A DNA stretch of 64,000 nt from Octopus sinensis (taxonomy: Eukaryota), in NCBI RefSeq assembly GCF_006345805.1, contig NC_043013.1, positions 24,118,001 to 24,182,000 on the forward strand, given 5' to 3'. Positions 21,673 to 33,721 of the stretch are shown here, piece after piece. The notes below the pieces were generated by a model. That model was not told the DNA's origin, did no database searches, and saw nothing but the letters and a program-made list of their open reading frames with translations. Position 1 is the stretch's first letter; every line of letters starts with the position of its first letter. The position numbers were made by a program, and so were the translations under genes.

Positions 21673-24135
21673 AAACAAGTCAAAAATAGAAAATGCTAAG
21701 ATAATTTTATAGTGAATCTTTCAGTACCGGTTTCGGTCATTTTGAGACCTTTTCAACTGTAACGATTAAATAATTAAATTTAGAAAAATTAGAAAAGTTT
21801 TTTTAAAAGAATATTTCTATAGTAGTGTTCAGATATAAGTAGCATTCTGCCTTTCTCTGACTCCCTTGTTTGCACTTGTGTGTTCGAGGTCGTTGTGAGT
21901 TCTTGGTAGGGTAGGTGAAGAATAAGGAGGCTGATGTGGAGAGGGGGTGGGGAAATCTGGGAATGCCTTGATGGTCGTATTTTGAATGGTCAGTGGCTGA
22001 CAGCAGTCGCAGTTCAATTCAGGAATTGTTTATGGAATTTGCGTAGGCGTTATACTGAAAGACATTAGTGACAAGGTTAAGGGGTGGAAGGTGGAGAAGT
22101 AGAAGAAGAAGAAGATGACGATGTTGATGATGATGATGATGAAGAAGAAGAAGGAGAAGGAGAAGATGATGGTGATGATGGTGGTGATGATGATGACGAC
22201 GATGATGATGATAATGATGATGATGAAGAAGAAGAAAAAACAGAGAAGGGAGAATATGAATGGGTGAAAGTATAGCTGTGATGGGGCTGATTAGTAATGG
22301 ATTCTATGGAGTGTAATATTTGTGTATGTATATATTTCTTATATTCTAAAGTTGAGGTATATTAATTGTTTGTCGTAGACCCGTTAAGAAGTGGCCTGTA
22401 TTTTGTAATAAAGAGATTTTCTTTACTTATTCGTTGTCTCGAGGTTGTATCGTCCCTAAATTGGTAGAGGGGGAAAATCCTGAAGTTTGGTGTTTTTTGT
22501 TGGCGCAAGTATCTATGTGTTGGCTAAAAGCTATTTTTCTGTTTTGGGGAATTTTTATCTGGGATCTGTGCAGGGCCATTCGTTTACGCCAGACACACCA
22601 GGATGAATATCCCCTTCAATCTAGCAAAAAGGATATGCACTATAGTCTCTAACGCAAACACCAGAGACACACGACTACAAGAACTAAAAGATACCCTTAT
22701 CACCAGGAACTATCCACCTTCACTTATTGACAAGTGCATTCAACGTGCCCTTCAACTTAACATCAAGGAACTGAGACATCCCAAATCAAAGAAAAACTTA
22801 CAACCAAAAGCCTTACCATACATCTCCACACACAACCCTCTCAATAACGAAGCCTTCGGCACCATCCTCCACAACATACCCCTCCTAAAAAAAGACCACA
22901 GAATGAACACAATCCTCCAAACACACACGATCATAAAAAGCAAAAGACAGCCTAGATCCATGAAAAGTCTCCTAACACAAGCCCGAATTCACTCTTCAAC
23001 ACAGAAGCCGACAGTAAAAAAATGTGGAAGACCCAATTGCGGGATATGCGACTATCTAATTGAGGGATCAGAGTTCTCCTTCAAACAGGGACAACGGTTT
23101 ACAGTGAAAAGCAACTTCACATGTGCTTCGGAGAACCTAATATACTCACTAACCTGCTCCGGGTGTCAAGAGCAGTATATAGGCCAAACAAAAAATGGTT
23201 TGCGTAAACGAATGGCCCTGCTCAGATCCCAGATAAAAATTCCCCAAAACAGAAAAATAGCTTTTAGCCAACACATAGATACTTGCGCCAACAAAAAAAA
23301 CACCAAACTTCAGGATTTTCCCCCTCTACCAATTTAGGGACGATACAACCTCGAGACAACGAATAAGTAAAGAAAATCTCTTTATTACAAAATACAGGCC
23401 ACTTCTTAACGGGTCTACGACAAACAATTAATATACCTCAACTTTAGAATATAAGAAATATATACACACACAAATATTACACTCCATAGAATCCATTACT
23501 AATCAGCCCCATCACAGATATACTTTCACCCATTCATATTCTCCCTTATCTGTTTTTTCTTCTTCTTCTTCCTCTTCTTCTTCATCATCATCATTATCAT
23601 CATCATCGTCGTCATCATCATCACCACCATCATCACCATCATCTTCTCCTTCTCCTTCTTCATCATCATCATCATCAACATCGTCATCTTCTTCTTCTTC
23701 TACTTCTCCACCTTCCACCCCTTAACCTTGTCACTAATGTCTTTCAGTATAACGCCTACGCAAATTCCATAAACAATTCCTGAATTGAACTGCGACTGCT
23801 GTCAGCCACTGACCATTCAAAATACGACCATCAAGGCATTCCTAGATTTCCCCACCCCCTCTCCACATCAGCCTCCTTATTCTTCACCTACCCTACCAAG
23901 AACTCACAACGACCTCGAACACACAAGTGCAAACAAGGGAGTCAGAGAAAGGCAGAATGCTACTTATATCTGAACACTACTATAGAAATATTCTTTTAAA
24001 AAACTTTTCTTCTAATTTTTCTAAATTTAATTATTTAATCGTTACAGTTGAAAAGGTCTCAAAATGACCGAAACCGGTACTGAAAGATTCACTATAAAAT
24101 TATCTTAGCATTTTCTATTTTTGACTTGTTTTTTC
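21669..24135 (+). mobile_element. 5'-truncated Penelope-like element (RT thumb/linker plus GIY-YIG) with inverted pseudo-LTR
   Basis: ORF 22603..23337 has the CxxxxCxxC linker and NLIYSLTC..C..QYIGQT. 21669-22589 is the reverse complement of 23202-24135. Confidence 0.93.
24044..24084 (+). ncRNA. Minimal type I hammerhead ribozyme, U3-A8 core variant (mirror copy on - strand at 21722-21759)
   Basis: cag-TTGAAAA-GGTC(tcaaaat)GACC-GAA-ACCGGT-A-ctg: stem I, core, stem II, palindromic stem III and GUA site, at the end of the PLE pseudo-LTR. Confidence 0.7.
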
Positions 24136-24349
24136 CTATATATCAACTCGTGTGTTCCTTTCCACCCTTATATATATATATATATATGTATATATTATTT
24201 AGTAAAGGGTACCGAATTTTACACTTCTGTAAATATTTTGTTAGCTTCAAGGTTTATATGCGATCACCCCGAGCATTGACTGAGGTAAATGGTCTAATAT
24301 TGAGGCATAAAAGCTCTCGACGGAAAAAGAAATTAGGGTTTGCCGTACG

Positions 24350-25061
24350 CATGGTGTCGAATCCTGCTGGAGGCTCCAAGGTGCGCCTTGAAAGTACTCA
24401 TTCGCCCATAGAAGCAGTTCAGCTTCCAGAATGTCGCTTATGTATCGCTGGGTATTAATTTTAACACTCGAGGGCACAAAAACGAGCGGGGACCTTCAAG
24501 TGGATGTTACAGCCCTTCGTTTTTGTGCCTTAGGGTGTTAAAACTAACACCCAGCGATACATTAGTGACATTTTGGAAGCTGTACTATTTTCATGGGCGA
24601 ATGAGTACTTTCAAGGAGAAACTTAGCGCCTCGAACAGGACTCGGCACCATTCCACAGCTCCAAACAGGCACAACACTGGATTCAGAAAGATATTCCGTC
24701 GTTCATATGCAAGGATATATGGCCCTCAAGAAGCTCCGATCTCAACCCGTTGGATTTTTCTGTTTGGTCCATTTTGGAGACGATGGTCTCGAGTACTCCT
24801 TATGCTTCGCTCGATGCTCTGAAGGCAAAACTGCACCAGAAATGGGCTTCGATTCCGCAAGAACAGCTGCGTGTGAAGCATTCGCACCTAGACTTAAGGC
24901 TGTGATTCGAAACAGAGGTGGTCATATCGAATAAATGTGGCAGCGTCATAATTGTGTTTTGTTTACCATTGTATTGTAACGTTCGGACCCGAAATGCAAC
25001 AATATTTTTCTTTGGCTAAATTGAAAAAAATAAGTTGGTTGCCTTCATTTTGGGACAACTA

Positions 25062-25062
<1 letters not shown>
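24350..25062 (+). mobile_element. maT (DD37D) transposase 3' remnant with right TIR, preceded by an inverted partial copy
   Basis: QDSAP (D at 24639) to DLNPLD (D at 24753) with 37 residues between them, then GGHIE* at 24934. Terminal sequence ...gccttcattttgggacaactag followed by TA at 25063. Confidence 0.85.
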
Positions 25063-25121
<59 letters not shown>

Positions 25122-25129
25122 TATATATA

Positions 25130-25750
25130 TATGTTGTACTTAGGTATGGTCATTTTGCCAGTTTAGCCAATAAAACACACGTACTATATATTTGGTGTTA
25201 ATTTGCTTCAGCGTTATTCATTTTTTACATTAATCTTAATTTTATTTCGGTCAGAGTTCTTTCGTCACACTTCTGTGACCTCATCAGTGGTCCTTTGCTT
25301 TCTTCTTTCTTATTTGTATTCCTATTGTATGTGTCTTCATTTGCGCATACGTATGCCTCTATGCGTGTCTATGTTTAGTTAGTGTGTGTGTGTGTCTGGA
25401 GGGGGTGGAGTGCCTGTAATACTTGTATTTCTTGTTTATACACGTTCGTGTAATTTGTTTTAGTTTATTTATATTTTATTCATGTGTTTACACCTACTTA
25501 TTCTTCTTCTTCTTATTATTATTATTATTAATGTATATAGTTATTTACTTCCATTAGTTTATTTATCTGTGTATTTTATTATATTTTTAGTTTTGTTTAT
25601 ATTGTTACCAGTTTATGGGGATCTTCTTCTGTCATATGCTGTGGTGTGTTGCGGGGTGGTGCTAGTGTTCCATTCCAGTTTCCTATTCAGGCTAGGTTTA
25701 TCTTCTATTATGTGTGTACACACCACAGCATATGGCTGAAGAAGATCACA
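25130..25750 (-). mobile_element. Penelope-like element 3' end (second family) with short 5' inversion
   Basis: Minus-strand HIIEDKPSLNRKLEW resembles a GIY-YIG C-terminus. ~30-bp inverted repeat at ~25618-25650 / 25717-25747. Hammerhead-like motif downstream. Confidence 0.65.
25249..25293 (-). ncRNA. Hammerhead ribozyme motif, partly degenerate stem I
   Basis: ggacca-CTGATGA-G-GTCACA(gaag)TGTGAC-GAA-AGAACT-C-tgacc. Perfect 6-bp stem II. Confidence 0.6.
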
Positions 25751-26318
25751 ATTCCTGTTAGCCTTACGAGTCACATTCTCTATGCAGCAAATTAACAGAC
25801 AGGAACAGGTTTCTCTATCGATGCAGATACTGCAACGTGTGTTATTCTTAGTTCGCTGTGATATAAACCATTCTCTTCTAAAACTTTCCTGGCAGAGAAT
25901 TCAACTGCGATTTCCATGCACGGACAACCAGTGATGACAATGGTTTGTCATCAATGACATTTGTCCGCCTATCGTGGGCATATTCTAATCTAACAGTCAG
26001 CTTTTAAGCCTCATTGATACTTATCACACAGCTTTCGGTAATAGAAAATTTATCAACATCTTCCTCAATCGGCTTTTAAGGTTAAAATTCCTGCGCCCCG
26101 TTCCATCCATTAAACAGTTTTAGCGAAATATCTGGAGATCTCGTAGCCACAGTGCCCTAATCTATTTACCAAGCTCGACATCTACCGGCATAAGGAACCA
26201 ACTAAAGATAGCGGCCATGGGGTCATAATAGGCTTGAAATCTTGAAATCTATATTTGTATGGAAATTTTCTATAAAATCAGAAGAAATGTGTCAAACCGA
26301 AAAAATTCGCGCGTGTGC

Positions 26319-26352
<34 letters not shown>

Positions 26353-27493
26353 TACACACATATGAGACGACTAGATGACAGCTTAAGTCTCTTACAGAAA
26401 CATACGCACACAGACAAATCAGTCAGGTTCTCATACAGACACATACAAACGTGTGCGCACACAATCCGTTAACATTCACTAAACTCTTATCGAGTCCAGT
26501 GAATGACATCTAAAATACAATATTTTCTAGGATTTCCTTTATCACTTTTTCAGAAAGATTTCATTTAATTTCTTCTTGTTTCTTTTGTTTCTCAGATTCT
26601 TTAGTGATGATGTGACATTTACAATTTCACTGATTCACTGCACTTTTGTTACTGAATGAATAATTTAGTAATGACGTTGTGTGACGTCACTACAGTCTGA
26701 CTGTAGTGACGTAATGATGACGCAGTGACGTTGTCAGATGCAGTGAAATGTACAGCAGTGACGTAGGAAGACACAGTGAAGTGTACAGTTGTGAAGTAGG
26801 TAGACTTAGACAGACAGAATAAAACCTGCAGTAGTGGACCACACCACCTCTGCAAGAAATAGCTTCAACATTTCCCTCAAACCATACCTTGCACTATTGG
26901 GGAAGGAATGGATATTCCAACATATTCTTAAATGGAGGGATAGTCATGGACGGAAAGCTTTTGATCATGGGTCTGCTGGATTAGCGCTGATCTGGAGCTA
27001 ATTAACAATAACTTCTCTTAAGTAGGTTTAAGCTTTACATTGATATATAGTCATCTTTCTGTTACAACTTCTCTTTTTCCTTCTCTCACTCTGCACATGC
27101 GCACTCGCTGAACTTTGAGAAGCAAAGATGGAGGCATCTGTTTCCCTGGGGAATTAACGACATAAAAGTAAACTGAAAAAAATTAAGCTGGAAATGGAAA
27201 CAAACTCACTCGGCGCTACTTGTACTCCTCTAATTCCTGCTGCTTATTTCTTAAGCACTATCAACTCTATATTAACATCGTCTTGAATTTACCATCTTCT
27301 GTGTCTCCTCTCACTATTGTGCGTCCTTCTGGTAAACTTGAATGCATTTTTTATAACGAACTATTTGAGAAACCAAATTTTGTTTAATAAACTTCTACGA
27401 TTCCAGGCAGTGACCTGAATAATAGAAGTAATAATAACAACAATATCGAAAAATACCTTAGGAATGAGAACCCAGGTTCGAAATTTCCCCAAG

Positions 27494-27537
27494 ACACCTG
27501 ATGAAGGCTGGGGTGTATATCAGCCGAAACGTTGTGT
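27494..27537 (+). ncRNA. Minimal type I hammerhead ribozyme in a dispersed repeat (~27420-27590)
   Basis: acac-CTGATGA-A-GGCTG(gggtgtatat)CAGCC-GAA-ACGT-T-gtgt. Perfect stems I and II and palindromic ACGT stem III. Confidence 0.75.
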
Positions 27538-28679
27538 TAACAACAAACAAGACGAGGACAAATAACCGTCAAATGTAAATAATAAAAATAACGAACTTCT
27601 ACGTAGTTTGATACGATTCATGTCATACTACTTCTGCAAGTTGCTAAAAGAATTGTTACACATATCTTCTGTGAAGAGTTTTCCACTGCAAGTTTCAAGG
27701 CAAGCCTAACAGATTTTTTTGTGTCAGTCATCCTACAAGCTGGAATATTACATTTCTTAAGTCTCTTTATAATCTAACAGTTATGTGAATTAGCTAAAAG
27801 GACCCTATGTCGTATGTAATTGGTTATTTAGCAGAAGTGATTTATACGGTGTGAGATGATTTCATTGCGAGTTGTTTAGGCTTAACTACCTGGATATCCG
27901 CTCCACAGGACTTTTCGTTCCAGCAGGTCACATGACCTTGTGATTAGCCGAACTTGTTCGTATTGGTCGGTTTCCAACCGCCCAATCGTGTTGGCGCAAC
28001 GTTTTTCCTTACGCGGGAAATTAATCACCATCTCTGGGAGCCTCCTGATCTCAATAAGAACAGCAGTTCTCGACTGTGCTAGGTCTTTGGCACACGCAAC
28101 TTGTCTGGCAACGATGTATCTGACACCAGTCAGTCTCCGCCTAGAGTAGAAAAGAATATTTCTTTAACTATGTTTATCTCTCTACTCTCACGCCTATCTT
28201 ACATTTCACACTACCATTTACATCCTGGCTTGTTTTAAAAACGACATTCAGCTACAATAGCCTCATTTTTATTATGCCATTGAGAGTAAGATCCATGTTG
28301 GTCGAATGAGCTGCTGCAGGCCAATCAATTGTCGACGGTGTTTCAATGAGCTGTGGTTTGCAGTTTATAGAGTTGTGTTGCTAAAGCAGCACATATGTAA
28401 TGCAGGTTATTGACGAAGAAATATCTTGGAGCTTCTGAACTGAGTACAGTTACCAGTGTAGGGGCTATCTGAATCATTCTTCCAAAGAAAACATTCAACG
28501 TTGGTTCAAATTGCTGCTTTATAGGCGGCGGCCCTTCTTTGCGAAACTAGTTTGTTTGTGATCTTTCAGAACACTACAATCGTCTGGCTCCACGTGCAGA
28601 TGTGTTATGACTATTTAAGCATATACACTGAAGTTACACACAGAAACTGAATCAGCTTTTTCAAAGGCTGATCATAATT

Positions 28680-29260
28680 CCCAAAGAATAATTCAAGGTT
28701 TTGATGATTTTCACTTCCCCCTATAGCACCATGGCTTTGTACTTCTTTGGCTTAAATGTACCTCTCTTTCCAGTCAGCCGTTCACATTCAGCCATTGTTT
28801 GCCACTGCTATTGTTTGTCAGGTCTTTCCTCAAACTGCTATTGTGTTATCTTTTCATTTGACTTTCTGCCTCATTGTAGTTATGTTTTGTTTCTGAAAAC
28901 TTTTGTTTGATCTATGGTCTATTATTTTACATCAAATGGTGGCAAAGAAGGCGCCCATTTCTAGAACAAAAAATTTTATTAACAATTTTTTTTCTTACTG
29001 TTGACTGTTATGAATGAAGCTGTTCATGGTTTTGCATTAAGTTACAGCTTATATGATATCTCAAAATTCTTTTTCTTAAAATAGTTAAGGTATCGTAGCA
29101 AGTCCTTAACGTTTATTCTTTGTGGAACCAAACTTTTCTCTCGTATGGTTGGTCTTGCTGTCCCGGAACATTCCGTTTTAACAGCACAGGGCTATGATTT
29201 GAAAGGGTTAGATCTACAAGGTTTTGATAGTGGTTCTTCCAAGTACATCTGGACAAGAGA
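28680..29260 (-). mobile_element. Very degenerate APE-type LINE remnant (possibly CR1/L2-like)
   Basis: Minus-strand DLTLSNHSPVLL resembles the endonuclease SDH motif and is followed by ERKVWFHK. Confidence 0.4.
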
Positions 29261-29649
29261 GTAGTGTCTCTTCTTGTTGGATCGTCAACAATCTGTTGTG
29301 AATAGACAACCAGTTGAAGCGTGCGTCAAGCTGTAGCAATATTTGTTGTTCGGTTCCTATGCTAGTCCTGAGAGAGATATTGACATCTCTTACAATACAA
29401 AGATGGTAGGCAATGTTGCAAACTCACTCATATTTGCGAAAATACTTGAATCTGTAGCAGGACGCAAGCTCGCGTTGTCCTATTGTGTCTTTCCAGTCGA
29501 CATAACCACGGCTTGATCATGTATGCAACTGAGTTTTCAGCTAGTCATAAACCAAACATCTAGAAGGTCCTGGGACTTTCCGCTCCACGGTTATAAGTAG
29601 CATAGCAAAAGACGCCAATTTGTAGAGTGTTAGAGACGTCGGTCTTTAC

Positions 29650-30240
29650 TAACCTGTGGAGAACCTAACTGCTCCTGTAACAAGAAAACATCGTCTATTA
29701 GACACGAAAGGCTGGCCAAGTGCAAAGCATTCAAATACCTAGGCAGCACCATCTCCAATAACGCATTACTGGACCAGAAAATCACATACAAAATGATCAG
29801 GGCTAGTGCTTCATCTGACAGGCCGTGGAAAAATAGGCAGGTTTCTATAGGCGTCTGGTGAAATGTTTACCAGGCTACAGTGCTTTCTTCGCTGCTGTAT
29901 GGAAATGAGGCCTGGACAGTTTATAAAGCTCAAGTAGACAAGTTACATGAGTATATGATGAGAGAGCTGCAACGTATTATGAATATTTTTCTCTTGGACA
30001 AGATTAGGAATGAAAAGATCCTGGTCCACCTGCTTATGATGGAAATGCTCATTGACGGAAATTTACATAGGTTGGGATACACGCACAGGATGGACAGCAG
30101 CAGATTCCGCAGACAACTCCTTTACTCCCAGCTATGCAAAGGGAAAAGAAACCATGGAAGACCTCGACTAAGATTTGAAGTAAAAAGGAATATGGAAGAG
30201 TGGAAAGGAAATGATCATAAGAAATGGTAAACTCCAATGG
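29650..30240 (+). mobile_element. RTE LINE 3' remnant
   Basis: FKYLGSTIS, LLYGNEAWT and RQLLYSQL..GKR..GRPRLRF motifs. Confidence 0.8.
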
Positions 30241-30899
30241 AAAAAAAAAACACAACCAGTATGGTTATCAAGTTATGGCAAAGCCTCGAATAGTGATAAT
30301 CGCGAAGACTGACTGCGTATAACATATGTATTGCCTTTCAATAATTGTGTTTGTGTAAGCGTATTCGTTTTCCTGGGGTTGTCAGTACTTTTCTTCAACA
30401 ATCTTTTCTTTTTACACAAATTGATTTGTTGCCCCTTTCTTAACCTCCTGTTCAGGGATCTGCGTCCCAACATACCCCTTCTGCTACATTTCCCGTTGCA
30501 ATCAAACTTTTTAGGGTTTTTAATCCCATCTCCCTTCTTCGAACACATTTTTATATCAACTAAAATTCTGGCTACCACTAATATATCTTCTCTTCATTCT
30601 TTCGTTTCCTTACAGTTTTATTTCTACCCGCATCTTAACTGTAGGGACACATAATTAAGCCTTAGCAATGGCTTTCACCCCACTGCTTGAATAACCCACT
30701 TCTAGTGAAACTTCGAAATTACAGACAACAAATATTAGATTTTACTCGTCGACTGAGTCTTTCATTCTGTCAGCATTCGTTGTGCTTATTTAAAAGCGGT
30801 TTGTCGTTAGCTGTTTACGAACACACACGTGCCTGCACATGTGTTCCGAAAACTCTTTTTTTTATTAACTGGCATAAGTTGTTCAAATTACACATGCAG

Positions 30900-31850
30900 G
30901 TAGAGTAATTCTTATTTTATTGTGATACTTTTTGTTCTTCATTGCCGGCAAATAATACGTTCCAGGCAGCAGGAAGTACTGTTATAGAGTTCTTGATGAA
31001 AGAGGCGGTGTAGGCAGTCCAACAGCCACTAAAAGGCTATTGGTTGGTTGCAGAAATGACATTATTGATAACAAGATATGCGCAGATGGATGAAATTTAA
31101 AACAGGGGAAACAAGAATAGAAGGCAAATCATGCAATAGGAGACTTCCAATTGTAACCGTTGGCATGAATCACCAGCGTGTGTATGAACTGATTGTTGCG
31201 GACGGGCTAGTCTCGACCCATGAGTTTTCTGCACAACTGGACTTTTGTCATAATACGTCACTGAAGATGATGGCAGACTGAGTATTGAACAACGTCCAGG
31301 CAAAAAGAGAGAAGTGTGGAAGTCTGCTCTGATTTTTTTAGAAACATTTGAAGCCAATGAAAACACATTGTCCTGAACTGTTAGTGTGAAACCTGGTCGT
31401 ATCTTTCTGACCTGGAAACAAATGTTCAGCCCATGGAATGATGTCCCACCTCTTCGCCAAAGCCTTCGAAGTTCAGGAAATTCAAGTGATCGGCTCAGTT
31501 AATCCCAATGAGTGTTTCGGGGGAATGACAAAGGCGTCATTTTTGATGATTTTCTGGAATGTAACGGTACCGTGAATTGTGAACGAAACATCGAGACATA
31601 AAAAGCTTAACGAGGCCATTAGGGAGCAGAGACTGAACAGGTACCTGAAAACGATCCCCATTCACCATGACAATGGGCAATCATACACAATTAGTAGTCG
31701 ACATATCAAGCAACTGGCAAATTGATCCATTATAAAGACAGGATCCCCCCCCTCCGACTTCTACCTATTCACTTCAGTAATGGACAGCTTTAGGACAACG
31801 ATTTGATGGCACATACGAAATGTCCACAACAGTGTATGCCTGAAATTTTT
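30900..31850 (+). mobile_element. Degenerate mariner transposase remnant
   Basis: Motifs HHDNGQSY and PSDFYLF, with WVP-like and FW-D-KG-like remnants and many lesions. Confidence 0.7.
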
Positions 31851-33146
31851 CAATGTTGAAAGTATTGTAGCAGATTCGAAACCGAGTTGCTGGATAGCCG
31901 AGTAAGCATCACGGCTAAGTCAAAGACGATTCATGCGATCGGTCGATTAACTGACCAATCAGCGTCAAGCCATTGCGTGATCCGACTTTTTAGAACTTCT
32001 CATTGAGCCCCATGAAAGGTGGATTTTGGTGGTAATCCCAGAAAGTGAAGCAGCTGCTCCCAGAATGTTGAGGTAGCCACTTGATGTCTCCATTCTCACA
32101 GCAGTTTTGAAGACAGATTTTGTCATCACGAATATAGTGCGATTATTTCCCTGTTGTGATGGGTCAGCCAAGGATTGCTGTATACTAGTTATAATTTCCG
32201 AGATTCTAGTTGTGTGTCTCTTCCGGTGTGTAAATGTCGTTATTTTTCATTCAAAGGCCAACAAAGAAAACACTATATGCAGAAATTGCAGTTTCTGCTA
32301 ATTCATTGAGAGTGTTTATTTTTACATGAGGCCCTAGAAAGACATTTTCGTTTTCTATCAACATCCAATTCACAAACAACAACCCGAGGACAGTTTGTTT
32401 ATAACAAACAAGAGTTACTCAAACAAGAGCAAGGGCAATTTGAAATCAAGACCCCCCCAGCTATGCTCACTTTTACATTACTTCCAGTACAACCGTCGAC
32501 GATTCATTCAATTAGGATTCAGCTCTTTTATTGCTTGTTTTATTGACTGCTTGATTGTATGTTTATTTTTCTCGCTTTTTGTCAGTTTTTTTCACCTGTT
32601 TATCTGTTTAGTAATCCCTCTTAATTTCAATATCGGGAAATCTGTGAAATTCCCATGTCACACGTTTGTCTACACATCAGGGAATCGCCTAATTTACTTC
32701 CTGTTATTTAGATCTTGTTCCACACGTTAGATCTTATTAGGCTTCATTCGATTTCCTTCTCTCATCGCAAAGAGAAGTCACATGGAACAGCTGACCGTAA
32801 GCAAATGCAAGATACGAAATGTTGAACACTCACTCAATGGTATTTCCTTGTTCATTAGCCATGACACTTAAACGTCATTGAAGACATCAGCTTTTACCGG
32901 TTTTAGTTCTATCTTTGCCCTCTTCTCACCTTTACTTCCCAACTCTTCTATACAACACTAACGCACACAAAAATGCGCGCACACAAATCCGCACAGACAG
33001 TGACACAATAAACACACACACACACACGCATAGATACATGCACCAACACGTCAACATACGTCTTTCAAACCATTCTCTCACACTTTCTCCTTCAGGCGCG
33101 TTAGCTACGTCGTTCAATCAACCCTATTCAATACCACCACCACCAC

Positions 33147-33181
<35 letters not shown>

Positions 33182-33574
33182 CCTCCTCCTCCTCCAATAA
33201 CATGTTGTCTCCATTCTCACTTCGTTTCATCCCGTCTCCCCTCACTCACTCCGTACGCACTCTTACAGATACTACGGAAATTCACTTCCCATCAGATAGT
33301 GATCGATACATGCCACACTACAGTGGTATCCATAGTAACCAGATCTCTCCCACACTCCACTCACATATACGAAGATGCTATTTCTGTACTGCACACAAAA
33401 TATGCAATAGCGTTAAAATACGGCGTTGGCGGGTGATGATGGTGATAATGATGACGATGATGTAATAGAGAGGCAAGAGGAAAAGATGCAGCGAAAGAGA
33501 ATTGAACTTTTATATTTAAGAAAGTGAAAACATTTAAACATACATATACGCAAAATATATATATAAATTTTTAC

Positions 33575-33621
<47 letters not shown>

Positions 33622-33721
33622 TTTTATGTGTTTCAGCCAGGTAGCTGTGGTCATGCTGGAGCACCACCATGAGGCGTCCAAAAAGATTTTTCAGCCTGTT
33701 ATTTACATTTTTATACTAAAA

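Noticed and set aside
22084-22275. Asp/Glu-rich ORFs (also 23512..23718)
   Set aside because: They are translations of (GAT/GAA)n tracts on the antisense strand of the PLE pseudo-LTR, not a gene.
31965-32171. 68-aa minus-strand ORF and an alternative Cys-containing frame in non-repeat DNA
   Set aside because: No recognisable domain, no usable splice sites, and the alternative frame is closed by stops.
32915-33436. Poly-Pro/Ala or poly-His/Gln ORF resembling a transcription factor
   Set aside because: Built from (CCA), (CAG), (CCT) and (CA) repeats with no domain and no splice support.
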